Shown here: positions 38,601-48,479 of the stretch, piece after piece
Position numbering within the stretch: the stretch's first letter is position 1
How the letters are laid out: each line of letters opens with the position of its first letter
Translations under genes and position numbers: made by a program
Assembly (NCBI GenBank): GCA_030141605.1
Contig: JAQGDQ010000565.1
Coordinates: forward strand, 1 to 64,000
Direction: 5' to 3'
DNA length: 64,000 bases
From: Tubiluchus corallicola
Taxonomy: Eukaryota > Animalia > Priapulida
Notes under the pieces: model-generated
The model's database searches: none
Told to the model about the DNA's origin: nothing
Seen by the model: only the letters and a program-made list of their open reading frames with translations

Positions 38601-41357
38601 CAGAAAATGTTTTTCATTTTCCTCGTCAGATGTAGATTAGCTCCGAGGGCTGAACTTTTGTAAAATTTAAAGGAAGACCGGGCGATTGTTTAGACGCAAT
38701 CTCATGTTAATTTACTCTCCAAAATATTCATTTCTTGCTTATGAAATTTAGCCATTGTTCCTTATATTTGAATAATTAGAAAGTTTAGAAGATTAACGGC
38801 AACCGTACACAACTATTGCTCACGTCAGAAACTAACCACGGTTTGTGCAATGGCAGGCATCGTCCCTTGCACGTCAAGCACATTTGCATAGGTGTTACAG
38901 TACTGCTTAAACGCGTGATGTCACGAAAAATGGGCTCTACATCAAATGACGTCAGAAACTAACACTGCAGTTCATGATCATGGTTATCGCGGTACCGCCT
39001 TCTATTTGTCGGCCACGCGCTTGTGACAAAAAGGCGCCGCTGCCAATCTTAGTAGATTCATTGAGCCGCGCATAGCTTTAAAAGTTTAACAAAATTTGTG
39101 TATCTGAGGTAATTATTATTTAGTCTAAGCTTTGATTTAAAAAAAGCTTTTGTAATTTTTAATATTTTAGAGCATTCTTTATTCTGAACTCTGTTTACAC
39201 AATCATCCGGTTTTCCTTTAACTTACAGTATGCAATAGCATATGCATGCTTGCAAAGCAAAACCGTCCACGAGTCAGCTTAGTTAAAACTACATTATGAT
39301 GCTTCGTAGTAGAAAGCACTATAAACTTGGTCAAATGTCAATTTGTGTTTTTTAGAAAAACAAACGCTAAATATGTTGGACTTTTTTATTTTAGCTTCAA
39401 ATTATCAAGAAAACGTTAAATATATACCAAAAATTTAATTTTATAACCCTGAACCCACTTTTCTGTCTAGAAACTAGTAATGCAATTTTAAAAAAACTTG
39501 TATTTTCAAACTTCGATATTAACTCGTGGAAGCAGTCATTTTGCTTCGAGTTTTTTCTGTTTCCAAGCCCAGATCTTCGTCAGGAAGAGCCATCTATTGG
39601 ATTTAAGCATGACATCAATGTGTTCTTGCAAAGTCCGTAGCAACCAACATTTGTACGGTTGCTAAGTGTTTTGCAGAAACGCAACAAAAAACAATGGCTA
39701 ACTTTAACAGTGATTTTCTCACGATTATGTATTTCAGTGTGCAGCCTGTACCTCAACTTCAATGTGGATTATCTCAGCTTAGAAATAACATAGAGCGATG
39801 AACTTGGTATCAAAATGATCCTCATTAAATGGAGATTCATGATATGTGAATAACTAGAAAAGCTTAATTGCCGACTTATGGACGATTTTGCTCTATGCAA
39901 GCACACTTATTATATTATAGTAAACTACACTCACATCTCGGTTTGCCGAACCTCGCTTTTATGGATGTCGGAAGAATCTGTCAAACTCTGGTCCACTCCA
40001 GCATACTATGGACAAAGTCCGTTGTTTTGCAAGCCGACCGCTAGTTGGCGGGGGGAGGTCACTTTGTTTACATCACTACATCAGTGTAGCTAAGCAGCGT
40101 GTAAGACGACATAAGTGTGTAGCTTGTTTGTAAGCATGTTTAAGTGGTAAGACATAAGTAAGACGACATAAAAATAATGAAAGATCAAATATGTGGAGTT
40201 ATTTGAGTCAATTGCTGACAGTTTTTATATACTCTTGCATAAGAGCGGCCCGTACTTAGACGTTTTTGAGACAATTAGGCGATTGATTCTACATTACCAT
40301 GAACCTAATACATGGTGCCTACTATATTAGCTTAGTAGCGATAAATTAATATGGACAATTGGCAAATACGGACAATTGGCAAACCGAAATATGAGTGTAT
40401 TTTATCTAATATCGCAACTGCAACTAATCATTTCCCGAAGTTTAACTTGAATCAATATTTTGACTTTTGCTCTCAGTATTAGAAGATTGATTGATGCTTG
40501 CTTATAGAACCATGGCAGAGCGACCGTTTTATCTCCATACACAGGCTTGAAGTAAATAAATGAACTCCCGATTATTGATTTTTTGTAAGCAAACTTGTGG
40601 AAAAGAAGCGAATGAATCGAGTCTGAATTCGAACTGGAGACCTACGGATTAGAAATTCTGAAAACACGATTTTCAAAATGTGGATTTAGATAAACTGTAT
40701 TGATATTAGGGGAGAGCGTTCTCAACTAGAATCCGAATGTCAACTAGAAACCTCAACTAGAACCAAGTATCGAACTGAATTTCAGTATTTCATATCTGAA
40801 TCGAATTCGGATTGAATTTGAAAGATTTTCGAACAAGTTTTCGAATCACTAGTAAAAAGTAGTCTTACAAAGATTTTGCATATTGCTCGATTTTTTCTGC
40901 AGTGAAACTGCTATTAGTTTGTTAAAGATTTTGCACAGAAATTGCAGCTAAATTACGCTAATTGCACGATGTTTTAAACATTTTAATGATAAAGAATGTA
41001 TGTGGCCAAAGTGCTGAATTATTTAAATTTACGATTTTAGGATCGAATCGAATTCAAATTGGAAAAAACTCATTCGAATAGAAATCAAACATTCGATACT
41101 CACCGCTAATTGATACTAGGTTGCATCACCATCCGTTTATTATTGTGTTATTTTCAGGTATCAGTGACACAGGCCCAGACGACATTGGTCCAGATGAAAT
41201 GAGCCGCGGCATGGACTATATTTATCACAATGTGGATGACAGCGCGGACAGAGGCATGGTTGACGGAGCAAAGACGAGTTTAAGAGCATCGGCCAACGAT
41301 GCACTAAGCGACTCGCTAGGCGCAGACCTTAGAAAAAGACCAAAAAAGGCTCGGTAA
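8030..41357 (+). CDS. EFCAB14: EFCAB14-like type II membrane coiled-coil protein, 12 coding exons, about 582 aa, no EF-hand seen
   Basis: Exons 8030-8298, 13527-13675, 18918-19063, 25159-25257, 27567-27689, 30816-30962, 32843-32935, 34533-34670, 35234-35332, 36805-36930, 38425-38584, 41158-41357. All introns are GT-AG with compatible phases and the exons total 1749 nt. Motifs KKRKELDAL, SSHELLRT, CSMCMPLFVFVLVAACIV, IQSGPSGL..I.ANIT and SAAADLVKLPQTV parallel human EFCAB14 as I recall it (KKRKELNAL, SSHRLLRT, CKICYPLCGFVILAACVV, IESGEMGL..VWINIT, SAADLISLPTTV). Many N-x-S/T sequons follow the TM segment. Confidence 0.85.
8562..9175 (+). mobile_element. MITE family D, copy 1
   Basis: About 600 bp, ends ...caaaaccataagtcgg / ccgacttatggacg...; copies at 37066-37686 and 39250-39900. 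Confidence 0.7.
10227..10495. repeat. 44-bp tandem repeat, 6 copies
   Basis: tctgactttctactgatttcttgaagaccttggcgac(c/t)tcatac. Confidence 0.95.
11594..12118 (+). mobile_element. TTAA-targeted MITE family A (Kolobok-like termini), copy 1
   Basis: TTAA-AGGAAAACCGGACGATTG ... CAATCGTCCAGTTTTCCT-TTAA; further copies at 12700-13247, 25863-26402, 38667-39221 and 43255-43500 (partial). Confidence 0.8.
12206..12490. repeat. 60-63-bp tandem repeat, about 4.5 copies
   Basis: aagatttctgttattgactcattgcatatgcatacctaatggtcagaggttttggttata. Confidence 0.9.
12700..13247 (+). mobile_element. TTAA MITE family A, copy 2
   Basis: Same TIRs and interior; a paralogous empty site is visible at 13323-13430. Confidence 0.85.
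13527..13675 (+). CDS. EFCAB14: EFCAB14-like exon 2 (transmembrane segment)
   Basis: ttcctccacAG acceptor; QRSARFCSMCMPLFVFVLVAACIVCSATLIKIQLQLKSELDQLRADVEK; donor G|GTAAC; phase 2 to 1. Confidence 0.88.
14530..15170. repeat. Two adjacent tandem arrays (units of about 62 bp and 74 bp)
   Basis: cagtcgttttagct...cacaaacacttgctgtgtagaatgc, then aactaaaagttgagcaactagaagttgcaaaatctg... Confidence 0.85.
15419..16002 (+). mobile_element. TTAA MITE family B (termini like family A, unrelated interior)
   Basis: TTAAAGGAAAACCAGAC...TCTGTTTTCCTTTAA; partial copies at about 26790-27040, 34688-35100, 44570-45170 (minus) and 53565-53895. Confidence 0.75.
16386..16797. mobile_element. hAT-type MITE (family F), copy 1
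   Basis: TIRs taggggcgagcat / atgctcaccctta; TSD ctgttaat/ctgttcat; subterminal (T)CGAA(T) motifs; second copy at 40707-41108. Confidence 0.75.
17870..18809 (+). mobile_element. Family E copy with an internal tandem duplication of about 243 bp
   Basis: Homologous to 33676-34393; about 18292-18533 is repeated near-identically at about 18535-18778; ends GAAGGAGTTAA. Confidence 0.65.
18918..19063 (+). CDS. EFCAB14: EFCAB14-like exon 3
   Basis: ttttcgtAG; DESSAKKEAEEMTSVKQKLIELEELISTIQSGPSGLESIGANITQLSAQ; CAG|GTAGTG. Confidence 0.85.
20233..20777 (+). mobile_element. 5S-headed SINE (SINE3-like), about 545 bp
   Basis: 5S head fused to a GC-rich body of about 420 bp; near-perfect flanking repeat gacgagtatt (20223-20232) / gaccagtatt (20778-20787); interrupts a Tc1 transposase relic. 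Confidence 0.6.
20234..20353 (+). rRNA. 5S rRNA-derived sequence (full length, probably a non-functional copy or SINE head)
   Basis: gactacggcca...ccgaagttaagcaac...gttagtacttggatgggtgaccgcc.ggaatacc.ggtgctgtaggctt. Box A and box C are recognisable, there are CpG-decay-type substitutions, and no oligo-T terminator follows. Confidence 0.85.
22610..24150 (+). mobile_element. Decayed LINE ORF2 fragment (CR1/L2-like), interrupted by a hAT MITE
   Basis: GFPQGSVLGPLLF RT motif at about 22625; LYNCLVLPYLTY...RLRLIQ*KLLRII and RLWNDINDELK...KFKK C-terminal motifs, with stops and frameshifts. Confidence 0.7.
23033..23511. mobile_element. hAT-type MITE
   Basis: TIRs CAGTGGTTCCCAAA / TTTGGGAACCACTG; perfect 8-bp TSD CAATAGAA (23025-23032 and 23512-23519). 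Confidence 0.9.
25159..25257 (+). CDS. EFCAB14: EFCAB14-like exon 4
   Basis: tattgcAG; VQSLNQSVGALKQSVSAAADLVKLPQTVNSITE; GAG|GTAATT. Confidence 0.88.
25863..26402 (-). mobile_element. TTAA MITE family A, copy 3 (inverted)
   Basis: Reverse complement of copies 1 and 2, same TIRs. Confidence 0.8.
27567..27689 (+). CDS. EFCAB14: EFCAB14-like exon 5
   Basis: tcttgcAG; SMAKIGSESEATKQTVKELSASKKDYEEFKVQTSKDVEDLQ; CAG|GTAAGG. Confidence 0.85.
27669..28290 (+). repeat. 121-bp tandem repeat containing the exon 5 end and its splice donor
   Basis: aagatttacag|GTAAGG recurs with GT at 27690, 27811, 27932, 28053 and 28174. Confidence 0.95.
28295..28444. mobile_element. Small inverted-repeat element (PIF/Harbinger-like MITE)
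   Basis: GCATGTTCAGACTAG ... CTAGTCTGAACATGC; related sequence at about 11160-11280. Confidence 0.55.
29731..30006. repeat. 93-bp tandem repeat, 3 copies
   Basis: tctcctcttttccttcttcctatccctaatcttgc... Confidence 0.9.
30816..30962 (+). CDS. EFCAB14: EFCAB14-like exon 6
   Basis: gttttcAG; KNIVSLNRSLSTSLQSSSPSSLPAASNTEHGVFVSLSDMVTELSSFVQK; AAG|GTAACT. Confidence 0.75.
30940..31334 (+). repeat. 31-bp tandem repeat, about 12.7 copies, containing the exon 6 end and its donor
   Basis: agttgtctagttttgtacaaaag|gtatctac. Confidence 0.95.
31749..32370. repeat. 64-bp GC-rich tandem repeat, about 10 copies
   Basis: ccctcaaaatttggtatggaagcttcgggtgcctcgcgtggcttgctgtgcttgccagccgctg. Confidence 0.95.
32470..32625 (+). 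mobile_element. tRNA-derived SINE relic
   Basis: A-box-like tagtctagtgg and B-box-like gagttcgatac, followed by accaaagattttacaaatggt...cctgcctggcac. Confidence 0.5.
32843..32935 (+). CDS. EFCAB14: EFCAB14-like exon 7
   Basis: ttttttgtAG; QVTRIDGQISGMNASLQATIVKNEEGMHRHQ; CAG|GTATTT. Confidence 0.78.
33290..33553. repeat. Compound pentanucleotide microsatellite
   Basis: Blocks of TAATG, CTGAT, CCGAT, CCAAC, CAATG and CCAAT. Confidence 0.9.
33676..34393 (+). mobile_element. piggyBac-like non-autonomous element (family E)
   Basis: TTAA-CTGCTTCAGAA ... TCCAGAAGGAG-TTAA; second copy at about 17870-18809. Confidence 0.65.
34533..34670 (+). CDS. EFCAB14: EFCAB14-like exon 8
   Basis: gacatAG; VALNRVRNDTLDLRSKLDNLNLGSGGDAFDVKHELQLMATELLQNL; TTA|GTAAGT. 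Confidence 0.78.
35234..35332 (+). CDS. EFCAB14: EFCAB14-like exon 9
   Basis: ctattttAG; TESLTTGGSSELSTDQLEMIKLQVNRLEKRFEE; GAG|GTAGGT. Confidence 0.75.
36455..36640 (-). mobile_element. Non-LTR reverse transcriptase fragment
   Basis: DIALMAGSHNHLKEMLKICERYSQSWSITFNPSK (region after YADD); a 30-bp piece recurs at about 32985-33017. Confidence 0.55.
36805..36930 (+). CDS. EFCAB14: EFCAB14-like exon 10
   Basis: gttttcAG; YKTSHADDLNNNLINVNTTRAMEDEISRTFYAFRDKYGLDVK; AAG|GTACGG. Confidence 0.78.
37066..37686 (+). mobile_element. MITE family D, copy 2
   Basis: Homologous to 8562-9175; terminal inverted tgcaaa.taaaaccgtc / gacttatggatgattttgatatgca. Confidence 0.7.
38425..38584 (+). CDS. EFCAB14: EFCAB14-like exon 11
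   Basis: gcttttAG; DIKDQVQYLVQVTASHNASLFKLQHEVQEILHILDAIIGNDTGNGTNETVAAE; G|GTAAGC, phase 1. Confidence 0.78.
38667..39221 (+). mobile_element. TTAA MITE family A, copy 4
   Basis: TTAAAGGAAGACCGG...CCGGTTTTCCTTTAA. Confidence 0.8.
39250..39900 (+). mobile_element. MITE family D, copy 3
   Basis: ttgcaaagcaaaaccgtccacgagtc ... gacttatggacgattttgctctatgcaa. Confidence 0.7.
39926..40399. mobile_element. TA-flanked Tc1/mariner-type MITE (family G)
   Basis: TA-CACTCACATCTCGGTTTGCC / GGCAAACCGAAATATGAGTG-TA; related copies at about 35494-36450, 42497-42856 and 43540-43654. Confidence 0.75.
40707..41108. mobile_element. hAT-type MITE (family F), copy 2
   Basis: Homologous to 16386-16797; TSD attgatat/attgatac. 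Confidence 0.75.
41158..41357 (+). CDS. EFCAB14: EFCAB14-like exon 12 (last coding exon)
   Basis: attttcAG; GISDTGPDDIGPDEMSRG...LGADLRKRPKKAR then TAA; phase 1 entry matches exon 11. Confidence 0.72.
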
Positions 41358-41485
41358 TATCCGTAGCCGAATAACACAATTTAGTCAAATTATCACCGAA
41401 TGTATATATATATATACCTTCTGTCTTGGTCTCTTAATTTATGATTACGGCTTTATCAATTTTGCAATTGTGTCAATCATTTCTC

Positions 41486-42060
41486 GATGGAAAATTAATG
41501 CAGTGGACGATGTCCAGTTCAACACGTGAAGAAACAGTGATTCCATTCCGATGCATCGAAATGTTTTCCTCGCTCTTCTGGTGTTATGGAGTAGCCATGC
41601 CTGGACAGGCAGTAACAGTGTGGATGGAAAATTAATGCAGTGGACGACGTCCAGTTCAACACGTGAAGAAATAGTGATTCCATTCCGATGCATTGAAATG
41701 TTTACCTCGTTCTTGTGGTGTTATGGAGTAGCCATGCCTGGACAGGCAGCAATAGTGTGGATGGAAAATTATTGCAGTGGACGACGTCCAGTTCAACGTG
41801 AAGAAATGGTGATTCCATTCCGTTGCATCGAAGTGTTTTCCTCGTTCTTGTGGTGTTATGGAGTAGCCTTGCCTGGACAGGCAGCAACAGTGTGGATGGA
41901 AAATTATTGCAGTGGACGACGTCCAGTTCAACATGAAGAAATAATGATTCCATTCCGATGCGTCATACTGTTTACCTCGCGCTTGTGGTGTTATCGAGCA
42001 ACTATGCCTGGACGTGCAGCAACAGTGTGCTGTTATGGAGCAACTATGCCTGGACGTGTG
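41486..42060. repeat. About 137-bp tandem repeat, about 4 copies, in the putative 3' UTR
   Basis: gatggaaaatta(a/t)tgcagtggacga...cctggacaggcag recurs at 41486, 41623, 41760 and about 41895. Confidence 0.9.
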
Positions 42061-43254
42061 CTGTGTGCAAAAGTGTTTCATACAATAATTAAAATCATCC
42101 AAACACAATTAATTATATTTATCCGTCAGTGAGATTGTGATGATTATTTTCCAAGCCATTGTCGTCGTCGTCGTCATCGTCGTCATCGTTGCGCGTATGT
42201 AAAATCGTGTTACGTATTTACGTATGTGAAACTTTCGAGTATGTTTTTTATAATATCATTACAATGATTGAGCGTTATGTTTAACAGTTATTATATGCTT
42301 ATAATACATTTGCGAATCATGATTTTTTATGTAAAATTTTTTGCCTACTATGATGTTATAATTGTTAAGAACATCCGTACGCGGTAACAGGGTTGCCGTA
42401 CGATACTGATTTGCCGTACCGGAGGCTAAAAATTATTATTATTGCACCCAAATTAGCGTATTTTTCGCCTAATTGTTCAAAACTCAAAATTGTTATTACA
42501 CTCGTATATCGGTTTGCCGAACAAAAGCGGGCAGACGTTGGTTCGAATTTGCCGATTGTCCATATTTCCGGATACTAAGCTAATCCAGTAGGCACCGTGT
42601 ATTAGACTCACGGTAACGTAGAATCAATCGCCTAATTGTCTCAAAAACGTCTAGTACGGACCACTCCCGACATACAAGCTATACGCGTGTTGTTACACGC
42701 TGCTTGGTTGCACTGATGTAATGATGTAAACAAATTGACGGCCCGCCAACTAGCGGTCAGCTTGCAGAACAGTGTGCAGGACTTTTAACGGTCCAGATTT
42801 TGTTCAATTTTTCCAATATCCATGAAAGTGAGGTCCGACAATCCGAGATACGAGTGCTTCCGACTGCAACGAAATCTATTTTTTGTCACTTCCCAGTCCG
42901 CTGAATGTTTTTAGCGCAAAATTTTTCCAAACCTGGTTTCTCTTTTCCATATTTGTTGATTATCGTGCGGTATGCAGCCTCAAATTGTTGTACGTTCCTA
43001 TAATTATCCTATAAACGGTAACACTGCATCCGTGGCACGTGCTGCTACCTACTAGTGGAAACATGAAACAGCAGTCAAGCTAAAATATCCAACTGTTTAA
43101 GCATGAACTTGACTAAATTCTGTCTGCTGTGGTAAAGCATGTTTCTAGCATGTTCGAAAACTTGGAAGAAATTACGGTATGTTTTTCAGATCAGATCGAT
43201 AAGTTGTGCTAAACTGAACAATTGTTGTAGTTCATTCTGTTTATCTTTGGTTTC

Positions 43255-43500
43255 TTAAAGGAAAACCGGATGATTGTATAAACACGAGTTCAGAATAAAG
43301 AATGCTCTAAAATATTGAAAACTACAATAGCTTATTTTAAATCAAAGCTTAGATTAAATAATAATTACCTCGGATACTCAAATTTTGTTAAACTTTCAAA
43401 GCTACGCGCGGCTCAGTGAATCTACTAAGATTGGCAATGGCGCCTTTTTGTCACATTCGCGTGGTTGACAAATAGAAGGCGGTACCGTGATAAGCATGAT
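43255..43500 (-). mobile_element. TTAA MITE family A, partial copy 5
   Basis: One terminus plus about 245 bp of interior. Confidence 0.7.
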
Positions 43501-44089
43501 AATCACGTTTTATCTCTATGTTTGAAAATATATAATCAATTATGTGGACTTATTTGAGTTAATTGCAGACAGTTTTTATACATTTTGGCATAGGAGCGGC
43601 CCGTACTATTGTACGTCTCCCCGCTTTTGTCCGGCTTACCGAGATATGAGTGTATTTCAATTGGCTGTCAAAAGTTGTTAGTGTGCCAGTGCATTAGTAC
43701 GTAAATGAATCATTTATGTAGTTAATGTGTAATGCTACTTTTAATTTCAATTACGTTGTGAAAATGTAAATTATTTTTTATATTCTCTCTATAATAATAA
43801 AAGCTGTACAGATTTTTTCATCTTTCAATCAAGTCCATGTTCCAGCATCGAGTCGCCTTTACTTATAAAATTATCTACTTACTAAAATTGTGATTGTAAA
43901 TAAATGATTGTTAGGTATAAATAATAAATGAATTTATATTGAGATACTATTGATGAAGTGTTGCCACTTTTCAGTATTGCTTTCGGAAATTTATTTACTT
44001 TTATTATAATGTTAGTTTGGACAACACCGTTAGCGTGGATGTAGTGCAATGGTCTGTTCGCTAAGCTTTGCTGTTGCTTTCCAGAGATT

Positions 44090-44455
44090 TCTGGGGAGGG
44101 AGAGGGGGAGGAGGGAAAGAGAGGAGGGAGAGAGAGAAAGAGAAAAAGAGAGAGAGGAGAGAGAGCAAGAGAGAGATTGACACAGAGAGGGGCAGGTAGA
44201 AACAGCAGGAGAGAGGGAGCAGTGGGCAGAGAGAGGGGGAGGGAGGGAGAGCGAGAGAGCCAGAGAGGGAGAGAGAGAGAGAGAAAGAGAAAGAGAGATG
44301 GAGACAGAGAGGGCGAGGGAGGGAGGAAAGCAGGTAGAAACAGCAGGGGAGAGGGATCAGTTGGCAGAGAGAGAGAGGAGAGAGTGCAAGAGAGAGGGGA
44401 GGGAAGGAGAGACTGGAGTGGAGAGAGGGAGCGACGGACACACAGAGAGAGGGAT
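44090..44455. repeat. GA-rich polypurine tract
   Basis: Direct reading. Confidence 0.85.
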
Positions 44456-44569
44456 TTTCGGTTGAAATAACGTAACAAAACGAACATTTTCCGTTCACCG
44501 TCTTTGTCTAAATTGTTGCATGCAGATGGCAGCACAATACAATTTTAAATGCAATATCATCAGTTTCGT

Positions 44570-45170
44570 GTTCTCATATAATACCCCATTTTCAAGTTCG
44601 TTAAAAAGTATACATTTTTACATAATTAATGCTGCAAAAGCGTTTCTCATAACTAAATAATAGATTAAAAATTTAATTAATGGCGGGTGAGCCCAACCAT
44701 TGATGACATCACAAACTAACATAATTTTCAGCATCAAAAATATTCCACGAGCGTGTTACACGTGTTTAAGAAAGCGAAAATTGAAGTACAGTGCTGCTGT
44801 AAGATATTCAGTGTGTTGTACTGAAACTTGGCAAGTTTTAAGATAAAAACTCAAATTTCAAATAACCACTGTGCTCACGCATGAGCTGTCGAACGTGTGC
44901 AGTTCATTACAAACTAATACATCTGAACTGAGAGGTACAGCACCTGTTTTTGTGCAATGCGCTTCCGAAATGCAGGCGCTAGCCCGTCTAACTAGTAAAT
45001 GGCGAAATGCATGTAACAGCGAAGAACTAATGGCGCGAATGTGAAACTGTGTTTGTGTGGTAATAATTCTTTCACGTAAGTCGTTTTTCAAAGAAACAGT
45101 ATGTTTCCTTTCAATATTTTAAAGAATAGATTGTTTTGACCTACAGTTTACGATTGGGTCCGGTTTTGCA
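44570..45170 (-). mobile_element. TTAA MITE family B copy (inverted)
   Basis: Reverse-complement homology to 15419-16002. Confidence 0.7.
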
Positions 45171-45800
45171 TAACCTGAAAATCAGTGACGAAAGCTTCTT
45201 TGGTAACATACATGCATTACTGCACGTTGATTATACTGTACCTTATGGTAGTAACAGATGTTCTACGCAACTAAAACTTGACATTATTCATAGCTATTGT
45301 CATGATAATATGATTTTACTACAGCCTACCAACTGTGGTTTCTCATGTGTAAATGGTAATCGTAACAATGATCTGTCGAACTTTAATCTACCGACAGGTG
45401 TCGTCGAGCATACAGTCGAAACAGTGTGCCTTGGGTCATATTTTATTTCGCGTGAAATAAACATAGACTTAAACTAAAAACTAAGAAGTTTACCTAGGCT
45501 CACATTTTATTAGCAGCCTACCTACGTTAAATTCGGACTATGTTTTCCCTAGCCGAGATAATAATGCTACAAATGCTTTTGCAAATCTTATCTCGGATGA
45601 ATTCCTATCGTCTTTCACCCGTACATACACAGTCTGTTGGTGATATTGTTTTGTTTTTATTTGTGATAATGTGAATTTACATTAGAATTGATAGTATGTA
45701 AATTTTTGATACTAAGTATTAAAATATGTTCGCTATCTTTTATTATGTATGTATGTAGTGTTGGATTATAATTTGTAACTATGTCTACTGTATATGGTCG
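45170..45800 (+). mobile_element. Decayed non-LTR RT fragment with probable 3' UTR
   Basis: NIHALLHVDYTV...KLDIIHSYCHDNMILLQPTNCGFSCVNG resembles a degenerate LLxADD region. Confidence 0.45.
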
Positions 45801-45805
45801 TTGTC

Positions 45806-45860
45806 GTTCAATGTGTCTCATGCGTTGGATTCTGAATCCAACGCATGAGACACATTGAAC
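45806..45860. repeat. Perfect palindrome (27-bp arms, 1-nt spacer)
   Basis: gttcaatgtgtctcatgcgttggattc-t-gaatccaacgcatgagacacattgaac. Confidence 0.97.
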
Positions 45861-45875
45861 ATTAGTTACACATGG

Positions 45876-46183
<308 letters not shown>

Positions 46184-47532
46184 GTGTGTGTGAATATGTT
46201 GTAAATGTTTTTAGAAATTTTAAACATATTCCTACAAATAGAGGAAATGCATTCAGTACATTAAAAATAAATGCATTCAGTTTTTAAAAATAAAGAATTA
46301 TAATAATAATAATAATAATAATAATAGGCTCACATTTTAATAAAAATGATGATTCATATAAACAGATATAGAATTGCAGATGAAAAATTATAATTGATAA
46401 GTTTTATCATCTTTCCAGAGAAGACCCCAAACATTTAGAATTCGGAAAAGTATTTTGTATGCTTGAATATGTTCAACTATGTTGCTTAACTGTGAAACTT
46501 GCAGTAGTGCTAAATGTAAGGAAATGCATAACGAGTATATGGAGACTATAAAATCATTGCTAGACATCACTAGGGATTTTCTAAATAAAGCAGCTTAAAT
46601 TGAATCTGGTACGCCAACTCTCAACTCTCAATACTGCAGGGACGACTGAATTTTTAAGTAAGGTACGAATAGTAACAATGAACTTCTTAATAGTAGCTTA
46701 AATTGAATCTGTTACGCCAACTCTCAACTCTCAATACTGCAGGACAACTGAATTTTTTAGTAAGATTTAAATAGTAACAACGAACTTCTTACTAGGCTAT
46801 TTAGAGAAACTGGGACCCTGTTTTCGTTAAATATTATGAAGCTTCTGAAATCTCTAAATATAGTAGCTTTGATTGAATCTGGTATACCAACTCCCAACTC
46901 TCAATACTGCAGGCACAACTAAATTTTTTTAGTAAGATACTGAATAGTAACAATGAACTTCCTAATAGGTTATTTAGTGTAAAAGAGATCTTCGTATGAA
47001 GCTTGGAGATCTCTAAATGAAGTAGCTTTGATTGAATCTAGTATATCAACTCTCAACACACTTATACTGCAGGGACAACTGATTATTTTTAAGTGAGATA
47101 CTGAACAGCAACAATAAACTGGACGTACTTAACAGGCTAGTTAAAGAAAATGACATGTCACCTTTGACTGTTTACGTTAAAATAATATAAAAGAATAAGT
47201 ATATTAACAGAAAAAATCGTACCGCTGCTGACGCAATTGATTTACAAAATGAAGCCATGCACCAGCAGAACGAAATTTATCTATTATTCAATAATTAATG
47301 AAAATTTAGAGAAGCCACAGTGGCTTAGTCGGGGATAAAAATTTCCAGAATTTTGAAATTTTTGAATTTGAATAAGGGAGGAAGAGAGGCATCCATTGGG
47401 ACCAGCGTTAGTGCAATCTGTGCTATGTTTTGGAAGACGAGAAAGATTTCATTTTTGATTGTAATAGGACTAACTGTGTTTGTAACGAATGTTGTTTTGA
47501 TTTTAACACGAATTTGTGTACATTTCTATAAT

Positions 47533-47779
47533 CAGGGCCTATTTTAGGGGGGGGGGGAGTGGGGATACTTCCCCGGGGCCTCACCCTCCAAGGGGGGCCT
47601 CGCGCCGAGGTAACATTATTTTTTTGCTTTATGCGAACTTACTGTACAACTCCATATTTTCTCTTCGAAAATGCTTCTCTTGCGTTCTAGCAGTTCAAAA
47701 ATTTTCTGGGCGCCCCCCCCCCCAGGAGTCCTCACACGTCCCACTTCCCCGGGCCTCGCTTAGGCTGAAATAGGCCCTG
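47533..47779. mobile_element. hAT-type MITE
   Basis: TIRs CAGGGCCTATTT / AAATAGGCCCTG; perfect 8-bp TSD TCTATAAT. Confidence 0.9.
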
Positions 47780-48479
47780 TCTATAATTATATAAGAATGA
47801 TGATGCAGATAAGGTTATTGGAATTGCAGACAAGTAATATATTTTTTACTATAACTTTGTTGTTCACATAAACGGATATATGTTACAAAATGGGCAAGGA
47901 AATGGGCTTTTGATAAATAAAGCTTAAAAATCGTCTTGAAATTTATGTCACCTACATGCCATCTCATTGCACACAGAGTTTGCGTTTGCAGTAACACTGT
48001 ATAAAACTTGAAAATTTAAACTCCCACAATGTCACAATTTTTAGCGATTGAGTCATTTGAAATAACTTTAGATAAGTAAGGTAGGGCTAAAGTTTGAAAA
48101 AATAATCAGCGCATGCGTAGCACACGTTTTGGCAATCAAGCAAAAGTTTAAGTTGCTTTATATTGTCAATAAGATCAATAATGCGTTTTTTCATGAGCCA
48201 GTGGTGCATACTGTGATAGCGATAGAGTGACGTTTTACCAGGTGGCGCAAATATTTTCAATTATAAAGAAATAATAATCCGGTTTCACAACCATTCAAAC
48301 AGGCAAACCAATGCCAAAGTAATACAACGGGAAGTGTTTTGGGATATATCCCAGTTTCCTTCTCTTGAAACGAGAGACAATTATGCGCTGCTTCAATCCG
48401 GACTGAAAAATCGATCGGCACAGTTGTATTTATTGTAATAGCTGCTGTGTTGTGGTGTAAGAACCAACTGTGTCAATCT

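Noticed and set aside
41551-42132. 193-aa ORF with a signal-peptide-like start
   Set aside because: Derived from the 137-bp tandem repeat, changing frame between units.
43882-44535. Long Leu/Ser or Glu/Arg ORFs (also 52430-53147) and HT/CV ORFs (2215-2581, 45855-46227, 61687-62309)
   Set aside because: Translations of GA, CA and TA microsatellites.
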